Shown here piece after piece: positions 1 through 8,803 of a stretch of DNA of 61,097 nucleotides. The stretch is from the NCBI GenBank assembly GCA_018883125.1, contig VEQR01000006.1:1-61097 (forward strand), in the 5' to 3' direction. Every line of letters starts with the position of its first letter. Position 1 is the first letter of the stretch. The notes under the pieces are model-generated. The model did no database searches, had not been told where the DNA came from, and saw only the letters and a program-made list of their open reading frames with translations. The translations under genes and the position numbers were made by a program. The DNA comes from Candidatus Kapaibacterium sp. Lineage in GTDB: Bacteria; Bacteroidota; Ignavibacteria; Kapaibacteriales; Kapaibacteriaceae.

Positions 1-613
1 GGGCGATGATGCCAATCCCAGGAGGGCACATCAGACCCTTCTGAACTCCGCAGACAACTGCATCGACGCCCCAACTATCGATGCACAACTCTTGGATCGC
101 CACCGATGTCACTCCGTCAACAAGTAGCAGCGTTTCGGGCGATAACTCCCGAAGGATCGACGATATCTGCTCGAGGTCAATCGAGACACCGGTTGACGTT
201 TCACTGTGAACGAGCCATACTGCCCGTAGTGGACCTTTCGTGAGTTCGTTCTGCAGCGTCGAGCGGAACTGTTCGGGTGCGATCGAATTGCCCCATGGCA
301 CTGCACATGAAACGACATCAGCTCCGTAAACGGCGCAGCAGTCGGCGAGTCGATCACCGAACCGACCATGACGCAACACCATAACGCGGTCACTCGGACG
401 AAGACTTGCCGCCGTGACGCTTTCGATTGCAGTCATCGCACTTCCTGATAGTAGCACGACGGTTTGCTCGGTTTGAATGATCCGACCGATGTTGGACCGA
501 GTAGTAGCAAGTACCTGATGGAACTGCTCGCTATGGTGATGAATGATCGGCTGACACGCGACGTGCATAACACGTTGCGGCACGGGCACCGGTCCTGGCG
601 TATAAAGTTTCAT
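1..613 (-). CDS. Class V PLP-dependent aminotransferase (alanine-glyoxylate/serine-pyruvate family); 5' part only, runs off window start
   Basis: Not in the ORF track. Manual translation from ATG at 613: MKLYTPGPVPVP...HGRFGDR...VPWG...VHSETSTGV...LVDGVTS...GVQKGLMCPPGIG. TPGP, HxETSTG and the QK (PLP lysine) motif are present. Start overlaps the upstream stop (TGATG). Confidence 0.9.
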   Translation of the reverse strand, partial: MKLYTPGPVPVPQRVMHVACQPIIHHHSEQFHQVLATTRSNIGRIIQTEQTVVLLSGSAMTAIESVTAASLRPSDRVMVLRHGRFGDRLADCCAVYGADVVSCAVPWGNSIAPEQFRSTLQNELTKGPLRAVWLVHSETSTGVSIDLEQISSILRELSPETLLLVDGVTSVAIQELCIDSWGVDAVVCGVQKGLMCPPGIGIIA

Positions 614-1380
614 CAACGTCCGGCTAGTTCATAGAGTAGAACCGAGGCAGCAACGGCCGCATTGAGCGATTCGGCACCTGTTCCGTGTCGAGCAATAGTG
701 GTGTGAATGCTGCATTGCTTCAACACAGAAGGTGATACACCATGCGCCTCCGAACCAATGACCAAGCACCAGCGATCAGGCAGACGTATCTCACTTGGGA
801 CGGTGCCATCAGCAGCGACTGCTGCAATAGCATGGATGTCTCTATGGGTGGCAAAGATCGACGAAAGATCGGCGCGACGAACAAAATTGATCGACGCCAA
901 AGCGCCGGCCGAGGCGCGTACGACCTTGGGGTTATAGACATCGGCACAGTCGCTTGAGGTAACAACGTCCGTGCATCCAAACCACAACGCCGATCGAATA
1001 ATGGTACCGACATTACCCGGATCTGCAACGCCATCGAGAGCAACAATGCGATTGCCAAGTTCACGCGTTGGAAGATAGGACATCACCACGACCACTCCCT
1101 GAGTGGTCTTCGTGGTCCCCATTCGCTGGAGTTCTGACGACGATGCGGCGAAACACCGAACACCGCTCTGGATTGCCATTGCAAGGCAGTCCTGTGCCTC
1201 AACAGAGGCATCATCGGCGATCACTAGAAGTTCTGGACGCAGTCCGGCCTTGATGAGATCAAAGCAGGCATGTGGGCCTTCCACCAAGAACTCTTGCCGT
1301 TGCTCACGCGCGTCGGCATGATGCAACTCGCGGATAGCATTTCGTAGTTTGGGCGACGAGCGCTCCAGCTTGTCAATCAT
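613..1380 (-). CDS. TrmH/SpoU-family RNA 2'-O-methyltransferase
   Basis: FLVEG, DPGNVGTIIRSA, IGSEAHGVS and ESLNAAVA SPOUT motifs. Confidence 0.92.
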   Translation of the reverse strand: MIDKLERSSPKLRNAIRELHHADAREQRQEFLVEGPHACFDLIKAGLRPELLVIADDASVEAQDCLAMAIQSGVRCFAASSSELQRMGTTKTTQGVVVVMSYLPTRELGNRIVALDGVADPGNVGTIIRSALWFGCTDVVTSSDCADVYNPKVVRASAGALASINFVRRADLSSIFATHRDIHAIAAVAADGTVPSEIRLPDRWCLVIGSEAHGVSPSVLKQCSIHTTIARHGTGAESLNAAVAASVLLYELAGR

Positions 1381-1383
1381 ACC

Positions 1384-1392
1384 GCGAAACTA
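1384..1392 (-). promoter_or_regulatory. Putative FCB-type -7 promoter box TAGTTTCGC, 12 nt before the methyltransferase ATG (leaderless)
   Basis: Minus strand reads TAGTTTCGCGGT-ATG, matching the Bacteroidota TAnnTTTG consensus. Confidence 0.55.
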
Positions 1393-2690
1393 TGAAGAGC
1401 ACCAAAGAACTCCTTCGGCTAAAAAGAGATGGTCATGCCTGGACGTCCACCGAGATTGAGACATTCGTCCAGAGAACCGTCAGCGGTGAGGCCACATCGG
1501 CGCAGGTTGCTGCCTTTCTCATGGCTGCATGTACGCGCGGTCTGGCGGCGTCCGAGACCGCAGCACTCACGCTGGCAATGTCCCGCTCAGGTGATATAGT
1601 GCCCACGATGACAACGTCGCGTCCTCGAATCGACAAGCATTCCACCGGAGGTGTCGGCGACAAAGTGTCGCTATTGCTCGCCCCCTTAGCTGTTGCTTGC
1701 GGACTGGATGTTCCGATGATCAGCGGAAGGGGGCTTGGACATACCGGTGGAACGCTCGATAAGCTGGAGAGCGTCAAGGGGGTGCGAACAGATCTTTCGC
1801 TTCGGACCATGCAGTCACTGTTGAGTGACCATCACTTGTTCATGGCCGGACAAACGCCAACCCTTGTGCCGGCGGACAGGATTATGTACGCGCTACGGGA
1901 CGTAACGGGGACGGTGGAGAATGTTGGCCTGATCACGGCCTCGATCCTGAGCAAGAAGATCGCCGAGGGGCTTGATGGGCTGGTCATGGACATGAAGGTC
2001 GGCTCGGCGGCATTCCTGCCAGACCTTGCCTCTGCTGAGGAGCTTGCAACATCGATGAAGTCCGTCTGCGAGCAGATCGGTCTCCCGGTAACATTCGTCT
2101 TTACCCGTATGAACCGTCCGCTTGGTAAGGCCGTCGGCAACTGGGTCGAAGTGGTAGAGGCTGATGCAGCACTTGCCGGCATGGTACAAAGGGATCTTGC
2201 CGAGGTGACCACCGAGCTGGTTGCACGAATGATCATGCTGTCAGACGCGAACATTGCCTACGATGAAGCCCGCCGGAGAGTTATCGACGTGTGGCGCAGC
2301 GGCACTGCGCATGTGATTTTCCACGAAATGCTCCGTCGACAAGGGGGCGATTGGGCAGCCAGCATACGTCATTACTCCAGCCTTCCTTCACGACAGATCA
2401 TAGCCGAAACCCACGGATTTGTCGACGAGATCGACGCCCGCGCTTTGGCAGATGTTCTCGGCAGAGCGGGTGCCGGGCGCACCCGCGAGGATGACCAGAT
2501 CGACCCGGCCGTAGGGGTGGTCATTCACGAACCGCCCGGTCAGACAGTGGAATCCGGACAGCCCCTTGCCAGTGTCCATGCATCAACTGACGAAGCATGC
2601 GCGGCCCTTGCAGCGGAGATATCTACGTTTATCAAAACGACAACGGCCCCCGTGTCTCGGGAGCCGTCGATGGTCATTCAAGTGTGGTAG
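1392..2690 (+). CDS. deoA: Thymidine/pyrimidine-nucleoside phosphorylase
   Basis: DKHSTGGVGDK, MISGRGLGHTGGTLDKLES, YALRDVT and ASILSKK motifs. Confidence 0.93.
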   Translation: MKSTKELLRLKRDGHAWTSTEIETFVQRTVSGEATSAQVAAFLMAACTRGLAASETAALTLAMSRSGDIVPTMTTSRPRIDKHSTGGVGDKVSLLLAPLAVACGLDVPMISGRGLGHTGGTLDKLESVKGVRTDLSLRTMQSLLSDHHLFMAGQTPTLVPADRIMYALRDVTGTVENVGLITASILSKKIAEGLDGLVMDMKVGSAAFLPDLASAEELATSMKSVCEQIGLPVTFVFTRMNRPLGKAVGNWVEVVEADAALAGMVQRDLAEVTTELVARMIMLSDANIAYDEARRRVIDVWRSGTAHVIFHEMLRRQGGDWAASIRHYSSLPSRQIIAETHGFVDEIDARALADVLGRAGAGRTREDDQIDPAVGVVIHEPPGQTVESGQPLASVHASTDEACAALAAEISTFIKTTTAPVSREPSMVIQVW

Positions 2691-2708
2691 TTGGGAGGTA
2701 CGGGGGCG

Positions 2709-3281
2709 TTATAGCGCCTTTTGAAGCGATGCCACAAACGCCTCTTTGGATTGCGAGCCGACGATCTTTTGCACTACGTTGCCCTGGCGGTCAATAATGA
2801 ATGTGGTCGGAATGGCCTGAATACCACCATAAGCGGAGGCGATCTTCTTGGCGGCGTCAACAACATTCATGTACTTGACACCATTCTTCTCGCTGAACGT
2901 GCGAACGTTGGCAACGGCATCGCCCTTATCATCGAGGGAAACCCCAATCACAACAACCCCTTTGGCCGCCATTTCATCCGAGATCTGAACAATGTCCGGA
3001 ATCTCTCGGCGACAGGGTGGACACCATGTGGCCCAGACGTTCAAGAGAACGACCTTGCCTGCTGTCATGGAGCTGAAGCTTACATCCTTTCCACTCGCAT
3101 CAAGCCACGTGAACTCCACAGCCTTTGATCCTCCCTTTGCCGTCACCGAGTTCACGGCGTAGACGGGACCGGCTTGCACTGTAGATGCAGGCTTGGAGAC
3201 AGATGCGTCGGCCGTGCTAACGAGGTAAAGAGAATACCCCAGCACAGACACTAGGGCAAGGGTGAGGGGCAAGCGTTTCAT
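2709..3281 (-). CDS. TlpA/ResA-family exported thiol-disulfide oxidoreductase
   Basis: N-terminal signal/anchor; NVWATWCPPCRREIP; IPTTFIID (cis-Pro loop). Confidence 0.92.
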   Translation of the reverse strand: MKRLPLTLALVSVLGYSLYLVSTADASVSKPASTVQAGPVYAVNSVTAKGGSKAVEFTWLDASGKDVSFSSMTAGKVVLLNVWATWCPPCRREIPDIVQISDEMAAKGVVVIGVSLDDKGDAVANVRTFSEKNGVKYMNVVDAAKKIASAYGGIQAIPTTFIIDRQGNVVQKIVGSQSKEAFVASLQKAL

Positions 3282-3284
3282 AGT

Positions 3285-4106
3285 TTACAAAGCCTCAAGT
3301 CTGAACAAAGCGGACACTTCATCAACGGCCAGGTCAGAGACGACCGAGCACATGATACTATTGCTTTTCCAGACAAACAACGTTTTGTCTTCGGCCGACG
3401 CCCAATGCCACTTGCTCTCGGCCACGTCGTCGGCCGCTACACGATCCATTTGCACCGACTTGGAGTCGATCGATTTTTGATCGACCTCAAGAAGGGAGAT
3501 CGTATGGGACTGCGAGGCGTATACCAGCACAGGGTAGGGGTGACCGTTGATCGTACGAACGCTGCCGCCGATAAGTTTCGCAGCAACTGTAGGGAAAAAC
3601 ACATCGAAATCGACACCGTGATCGGAGAAAAACGACCGAAGATCGTTTCGATCAGATGAACGATGTTCCACAGCATCAGAGCCGCTTGTTGCCTGTGCAT
3701 GGACAGCCAGCGCGGCTTCCGTAAGGTTCGATGGCAGGGCTGACGAGCGGTCAAAAAGCACCAAAGCCACCATCACAATGGCCATCGCCGCCACCATGGC
3801 TCCGGCAAGGGCAGGGCGTGAGAAAGTGTTCCGCACTGCACCAAGGACCCTAACTGCCAACGACGGGGCGGTGCTCCTTTGCGCCTCAGCTGCTATCGCC
3901 ATGCGAATTGAACGCTCCACGGTTACCGGAACCGTGCCTCGAAGCACATCGCTGCGCTTCCGCAGTGTACTGCGAATGCCCGCAATCATGGCCGCCTCGC
4001 GTTGAGAACGACGATCGTTGTGAAGGTTATGGGAAGCAACGTCTGCATCGCTTCTACCGTCAAGAACGCCTGAGATCCAATCGAGTGATTGCGTCTCGTT
4101 ATTCAT
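3285..4106 (-). CDS. Transmembrane anti-sigma factor (degenerate anti-sigma domain, one TM helix, periplasmic domain)
   Basis: Directly downstream of an ECF sigma. ISGVLDG N-terminal motif, hydrophobic ALAGAMVAAMAIVMVALVLF, C-terminal LIGGSV...LVY...ISL...FVWK pattern. Confidence 0.75.
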   Translation of the reverse strand: MNNETQSLDWISGVLDGRSDADVASHNLHNDRRSQREAAMIAGIRSTLRKRSDVLRGTVPVTVERSIRMAIAAEAQRSTAPSLAVRVLGAVRNTFSRPALAGAMVAAMAIVMVALVLFDRSSALPSNLTEAALAVHAQATSGSDAVEHRSSDRNDLRSFFSDHGVDFDVFFPTVAAKLIGGSVRTINGHPYPVLVYASQSHTISLLEVDQKSIDSKSVQMDRVAADDVAESKWHWASAEDKTLFVWKSNSIMCSVVSDLAVDEVSALFRLEAL

Positions 4107-4145
4107 ACTACCGACCCCAAAAAAACGGATTGCGCTTCGTCTGCA

Positions 4146-4724
4146 TCATTGTGGAGCATCAACAGTGAAGCCTCGATCTTTCGCATACGAGGCAAGCTGT
4201 GCGGCCAACAATTTGCGTGCACGGTGCAGACGTGAACGGACCGTCCCAATAGGACAATCAATGAACTCGGCGATTTCCTCGTAAGTGAAACCTTCAATGT
4301 CGCAAAGAATCACAACAGTGCGAAACTCCTCCGGGAGAGACGCCACAGCCTGTGCAACCTCATCGTCGAGCGCATTATGAAAGACCTGCTCCTCAACAAC
4401 CGACGTCTCGACGGAACTGTCTCGGATGGTCTCATAAAAGTCTTCAATGACGTCGTACTCAACAGTATCTGGAGCCTTGGAGGACTTTCGGAACGTGTTG
4501 ATGTACGAATTCTTCAAAATTCGGAACAACCATGCCTTGCAGTTAGTTCCACGCTCAAACTTGTCGAAGAATCGAAATGCCTTGAGATAGGTATCCTGCA
4601 CAAGATCTGCAGCGTCATCGGCGTCACGGGTTAACCGTAAGGCAAAGGAATACAGTGCCGACATATGCGGCATTGCCTCGGCCTCGAACTCTCGGCGCAG
4701 ATCTGGCGAATCAGGTCCTGACAA
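4146..4724 (-). CDS. ECF-family sigma-70 factor (SigH/SigR-like)
   Basis: LYSFALRLT, DLVQDTYLKA, AWLFRILKN (region 2); LPEEFR, YEEIAE, GTVRSRLHRAR (region 4); TTG start. Confidence 0.95.
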   Translation of the reverse strand: MSGPDSPDLRREFEAEAMPHMSALYSFALRLTRDADDAADLVQDTYLKAFRFFDKFERGTNCKAWLFRILKNSYINTFRKSSKAPDTVEYDVIEDFYETIRDSSVETSVVEEQVFHNALDDEVAQAVASLPEEFRTVVILCDIEGFTYEEIAEFIDCPIGTVRSRLHRARKLLAAQLASYAKDRGFTVDAPQ

Positions 4725-4735
4725 ACAAACGTCCG

Positions 4736-6217
4736 TTAGGAATGGCGAAGCATTTCTGTGAGTAGACGCACTCCAACCCCTGAACCACCCTTACATGTGT
4801 AGTGCGATGCTTTCGGCTGGATGGCCGTGCCGGCGATGTCCAGGTGTACCCATGGATAACTGACGAAGTGCTTGAGGAACAGCGCTGCGGTTATTGATCC
4901 CGCACTGCGTCCACCGGAATTCTTGATGTCAGCGTAGTCGCTGGAGATCAGTTCCTCGTATTCCTCGTGAAGAGGGAGTTCACCAACATATTCGTTTGTT
5001 TTTGCGGCTGCTTCACGCAGCTTGTTCATCATCGTGCCGTCCGTCCCCATCATTCCGGTGGTAACATTACCAAGTGCGATCACGATGGCACCGGTGAGGG
5101 TGGCGAGATCGATCACCGAGCTCGGCTTGTAGCGATCTGCATAGCAAAGAGCATCAGCAAGAATGAGGCGTCCTTCAGCGTCCGTATTGTCGATCTCGGC
5201 AGTCTTGCCGTTCATGAAGGTGATGATATCGCCCGGTACCAGTGCGGTTCCGCTCGGCATATTCTCCGTAGCCGGCACAATACCAACCACATTGCGTTTG
5301 ATACCAAGACGGGCGATCGTCTGCATTGTACCAATGACGGTTGCAGCCCCGTGCATGTCACTTTTCATATCGCTCATGCCTGGGGCTGGCTTGATCGATA
5401 TGCCTCCTGTATCGAACGTGACGCCCTTACCGACGAGCACAAGGGGCTTTTCGGTCTTTGCACCCTTCATGTATTCCATCACAATAAAGACCGGCGGGCG
5501 CACACTGCCCTGATTGACGCCAAGCAGACCGCCCATCTTTAGTGTTTCGATCTTCTTTTTGTCCAGGACAGTAGTCTTAAAGCCAGCCTTGCGACCGACT
5601 TCCTGCGCCTTCTTTGCAAGCGTTTCGGGATAGATCTCGCAGTTTGGTGCGTTGGCCAGATCGCGTGCGAGGGTAACGCCATCGACGATGATCATACCCG
5701 CATCAGCGCCCTTTGCAACGGCCTTCTGGTGCTCTTTGTCGGTGATAAGCGTCAGCTTCTTGACCCTTTTAGCACTGTTTGGAGAGATTGTCTTGTACTT
5801 GTCAAATGCATACTGACTAAGCAGAACCCCCTCCACAACAGCCTGAGCCATCGATTCCGCATCAATATCGTTTACAGTCTGGAGGTCCACAGCAATGTGC
5901 TGACAACCTGCAGCGGCAGCGCGCTTTGCAGCCGCGGCAGCGGCTCGACGGATCGTCTCAATCGTAATGGCACCAGTTTCACCGAGACCAGCAAGGATGA
6001 TCCGCGGACTAGCCGCTGCTGAACCGCAATAGGCAAGAGCGGTCTGCAGACTCTTACCAGTGAAGTCCTTTGAATCAAAGAGTGGAGTCAGATGGGGAAT
6101 CGCACTGACAAGCGCTTTCTCGGCTTGATTGAATTGGCGACCTGACTGCGGAACAAACACGATCAGGGCATCAGATTTGACACTTTGCCGTGCGGCGACT
6201 GAGCAGGAAACAGACAT
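4736..6217 (-). CDS. pepA: Leucyl aminopeptidase (M17)
   Basis: GKGVTFDTGG, MKSDM, NTDAEGRL, DLATLTGA, HLDIAG. Confidence 0.96.
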   Translation of the reverse strand: MSVSCSVAARQSVKSDALIVFVPQSGRQFNQAEKALVSAIPHLTPLFDSKDFTGKSLQTALAYCGSAAASPRIILAGLGETGAITIETIRRAAAAAAKRAAAAGCQHIAVDLQTVNDIDAESMAQAVVEGVLLSQYAFDKYKTISPNSAKRVKKLTLITDKEHQKAVAKGADAGMIIVDGVTLARDLANAPNCEIYPETLAKKAQEVGRKAGFKTTVLDKKKIETLKMGGLLGVNQGSVRPPVFIVMEYMKGAKTEKPLVLVGKGVTFDTGGISIKPAPGMSDMKSDMHGAATVIGTMQTIARLGIKRNVVGIVPATENMPSGTALVPGDIITFMNGKTAEIDNTDAEGRLILADALCYADRYKPSSVIDLATLTGAIVIALGNVTTGMMGTDGTMMNKLREAAAKTNEYVGELPLHEEYEELISSDYADIKNSGGRSAGSITAALFLKHFVSYPWVHLDIAGTAIQPKASHYTCKGGSGVGVRLLTEMLRHS

Positions 6218-6274
6218 GGTGATCTTTACAACACATGTGGATGAAAGTTGGGTAAAATACGCAACCCGCGGGCT

Positions 6275-8803
6275 CTAATGCGGGGAAAAGATGTGATAGA
6301 GTCGGAAGGTGACGTCCGGATGTGAACTCACCGGAACCTTGACGTACCCTCCCTTAAGCCAGAGCTGCATCTGATCGGAGTAATGGGCCTCAAGGGGCTG
6401 ACCCGATGCCCCTCCTGGAAGAACCGTGTACTGAACCGAATCACTCATGTTCGAGATAACTCGCATACTGGCCACCACAGTTGTAGGCAGCATTACACTG
6501 TGCTGATCCAAGGTGCTGAATTTCCACTGCGTGTTGTTGACTGTGGTCTGGCTTCCGCCGATATCAAAGGGTCCGAGGTTCATCGTTGGACGCATGAGGT
6601 CATTTCGTCCAAAGACGTGGGGAAATGTTACCGTATGGATCTTCCCGTAATCCCACGTTGCCTGTGGATCAGAGGAGAAGTGCATTCTGAGATCCTGAAC
6701 TGCGGTGTGGAAGGCCCGCAGAACGATCCACGACATGGACTCCAAGTGCGTTGTGGTCCGCACATCATCCCATAGTCGATGGTCGGGCTCGTCGAGAAGC
6801 TCATAGATTCGACGCAAGGGAATGTTGGGAACCAGCGTCCAATCGAAGTAGAGTTGCTGACCTAGTTCATCTTCAAACGTGGCCCAGACAAGCCGATCAA
6901 GGAAGATCGAAAAGACCGAGGCCGCATTATCAAGTGGTGTGTGACCGGCGTCCCATCCCTGAAGCATCGAGAGCGCCTTTCGTTCCTCGGTCGAAAATCT
7001 CTTCGTGCTCCTAGCAAGTATCGGCAGCACTCGGTCAAGAACTCTCTTGGCATACGGCGAGACAACATCCTGCTGCATCATCTGCACGTCCCGCACGGTT
7101 GGCTTTCGATACAGTCGCAGAAGCTCATTAATGCGCTCTATGCGCGAAGATGGCTCAAACAGCGAACCAACATACTGAGGAGAGGGCGAGAGTCTGTTGT
7201 TTGCTGTGGCCAGCCATCCCCGAACGGGATTGACAACACGGCCTAGCGTCGTCAGACTTGTAACTCCCAACCAATCAGCCCCCTGCTGCCATGATGCAAT
7301 GGGGAGGCGGGGATTGGCAGTACCGCGTACGGGCAGACTGCCAGCAACGATCGTGGCCATGGATCCACCTGCACTGCCTATGGTAAAACTCAGTGCTGGC
7401 GATCCCCACGTCTCCAAAGCACGTAGCACCTGATCAACGGTCCTCGACGTATTGATCCGATACATCGCGGTGATCTCATCGCTCGGGTAGGTGGCAGACC
7501 AGCGAAATGTCAGGCAGATGGGATCCTTCGTAATTCTTTCGGGAAACATGTACGACGTCGATGCTACCCTTGGAAAGTCAAAAATCACCGTCGGATTTCT
7601 CATCAGATGGTGATCCGAGATTACTCGCGAGGTCTTGGTTGCACGGATGCTGATGATGGTATCCGGTGCACCAGCAACGTGAATCGTATCGGCAACAAAC
7701 GTAAACTTGGTCTTTCGTCCAGAAGCATCCAGATAGTAGTTCTCGGGGTTAGAGGAATCACACCGTTCGACAACGTAATCGACATCATCGATCATGGCGT
7801 TGGTAAAGCCCCATGCCACCAGATCATTGCGCCCGGAAAGTACAAGGGGCATACCGGGAATGCTTAGTCCGACGACGTTGAGATTGGGTGCCGACAGGTG
7901 AATCTGATACCACTTGGCCGGTGCAGAGGCGCTAAGGTGGGGATCGTTCGCTACAATGGTTCCCCCTTGGGCATTCTTCATCACCCAGCAGTTACTTCCA
8001 AAGCCCGCCCCACGAAGTCCAAGTCGCTCGCGGAAGTGAAGAATGTTGTCGCGGATGGTGCGGATACTGCCCAAGTCTGGTGTGGACGAGGACGCTGCTG
8101 AGGATTCTTGGGGTGTTGCTCGTGACGGGGAATCAATGGTATCGAGTACAAACGGACCACGTTGATCTCTCGGTACATAATCTTCGATGAACGTCGCTCC
8201 ACGCTGATGCTGGATTTGGGCATAGGTGATGTCGCTCCAGAAACCGAGGCTAAGCTCAAAGGCCATAGCGCGCCCGACAACGAGACAATCCTCCGGAGTC
8301 CACGGTTGCGGCTTATACCCTAGAGCATCGAACTCAAACGGAAGGTCGTTGCGGTTTTCTTCAATGTAGGCGTTAACCCCATCGCAGTAGGCCTCGAGCA
8401 GCTGCTTGGCTGTCTTACTCAGTAGACGCTGATGCTGGCGGGCGATTCCAGCTATGTTGATAGTTCGCATGAATGCATCGAACTGCACCCCTTCACTACC
8501 AAAGATCTCCGCCGTGCGCCCTGTAGCCGAACGTCGCCAGAAGTCCATTTGCCAGAGCCGATCCTGTGCATGAGTGTACCCCTGGGCGAACACGACATCG
8601 CGAACAGAACGACCAACGATGTGAGGTATGCCGAAAGAGTTGCGATACACACGAACGCTGTCTCGAACGCGTGCTTTCGTCTCGCGATATGGCGATGGAT
8701 GACTCCTCGTTGCCAACATGATGGCAAAGGCTATGACGCCAATCGAGATAACCACAATCGTCACCAAGGTGGCGGTGATCTTAACCAGCAACCGACGGAT
8801 CAT
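6275..8803 (-). CDS. Penicillin acylase family (S45) Ntn-hydrolase, membrane-anchored
   Basis: GIPHI, AQGYTHAQDRLWQMD, GSNCW (catalytic Ser), ANDPHL, PGGASG, HYSDQ. Confidence 0.93.
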   Translation of the reverse strand: MIRRLLVKITATLVTIVVISIGVIAFAIMLATRSHPSPYRETKARVRDSVRVYRNSFGIPHIVGRSVRDVVFAQGYTHAQDRLWQMDFWRRSATGRTAEIFGSEGVQFDAFMRTINIAGIARQHQRLLSKTAKQLLEAYCDGVNAYIEENRNDLPFEFDALGYKPQPWTPEDCLVVGRAMAFELSLGFWSDITYAQIQHQRGATFIEDYVPRDQRGPFVLDTIDSPSRATPQESSAASSSTPDLGSIRTIRDNILHFRERLGLRGAGFGSNCWVMKNAQGGTIVANDPHLSASAPAKWYQIHLSAPNLNVVGLSIPGMPLVLSGRNDLVAWGFTNAMIDDVDYVVERCDSSNPENYYLDASGRKTKFTFVADTIHVAGAPDTIISIRATKTSRVISDHHLMRNPTVIFDFPRVASTSYMFPERITKDPICLTFRWSATYPSDEITAMYRINTSRTVDQVLRALETWGSPALSFTIGSAGGSMATIVAGSLPVRGTANPRLPIASWQQGADWLGVTSLTTLGRVVNPVRGWLATANNRLSPSPQYVGSLFEPSSRIERINELLRLYRKPTVRDVQMMQQDVVSPYAKRVLDRVLPILARSTKRFSTEERKALSMLQGWDAGHTPLDNAASVFSIFLDRLVWATFEDELGQQLYFDWTLVPNIPLRRIYELLDEPDHRLWDDVRTTTHLESMSWIVLRAFHTAVQDLRMHFSSDPQATWDYGKIHTVTFPHVFGRNDLMRPTMNLGPFDIGGSQTTVNNTQWKFSTLDQHSVMLPTTVVASMRVISNMSDSVQYTVLPGGASGQPLEAHYSDQMQLWLKGGYVKVPVSSHPDVTFRLYHIFSPH

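Noticed and set aside
109-393. 94-aa minus-strand ORF in the track
   Set aside because: It is out of frame inside the real aminotransferase CDS (1-613).
4103-4297. 64-aa ORF overlapping the sigma 3' end
   Set aside because: Alternative frame of the sigma gene with no recognisable features.
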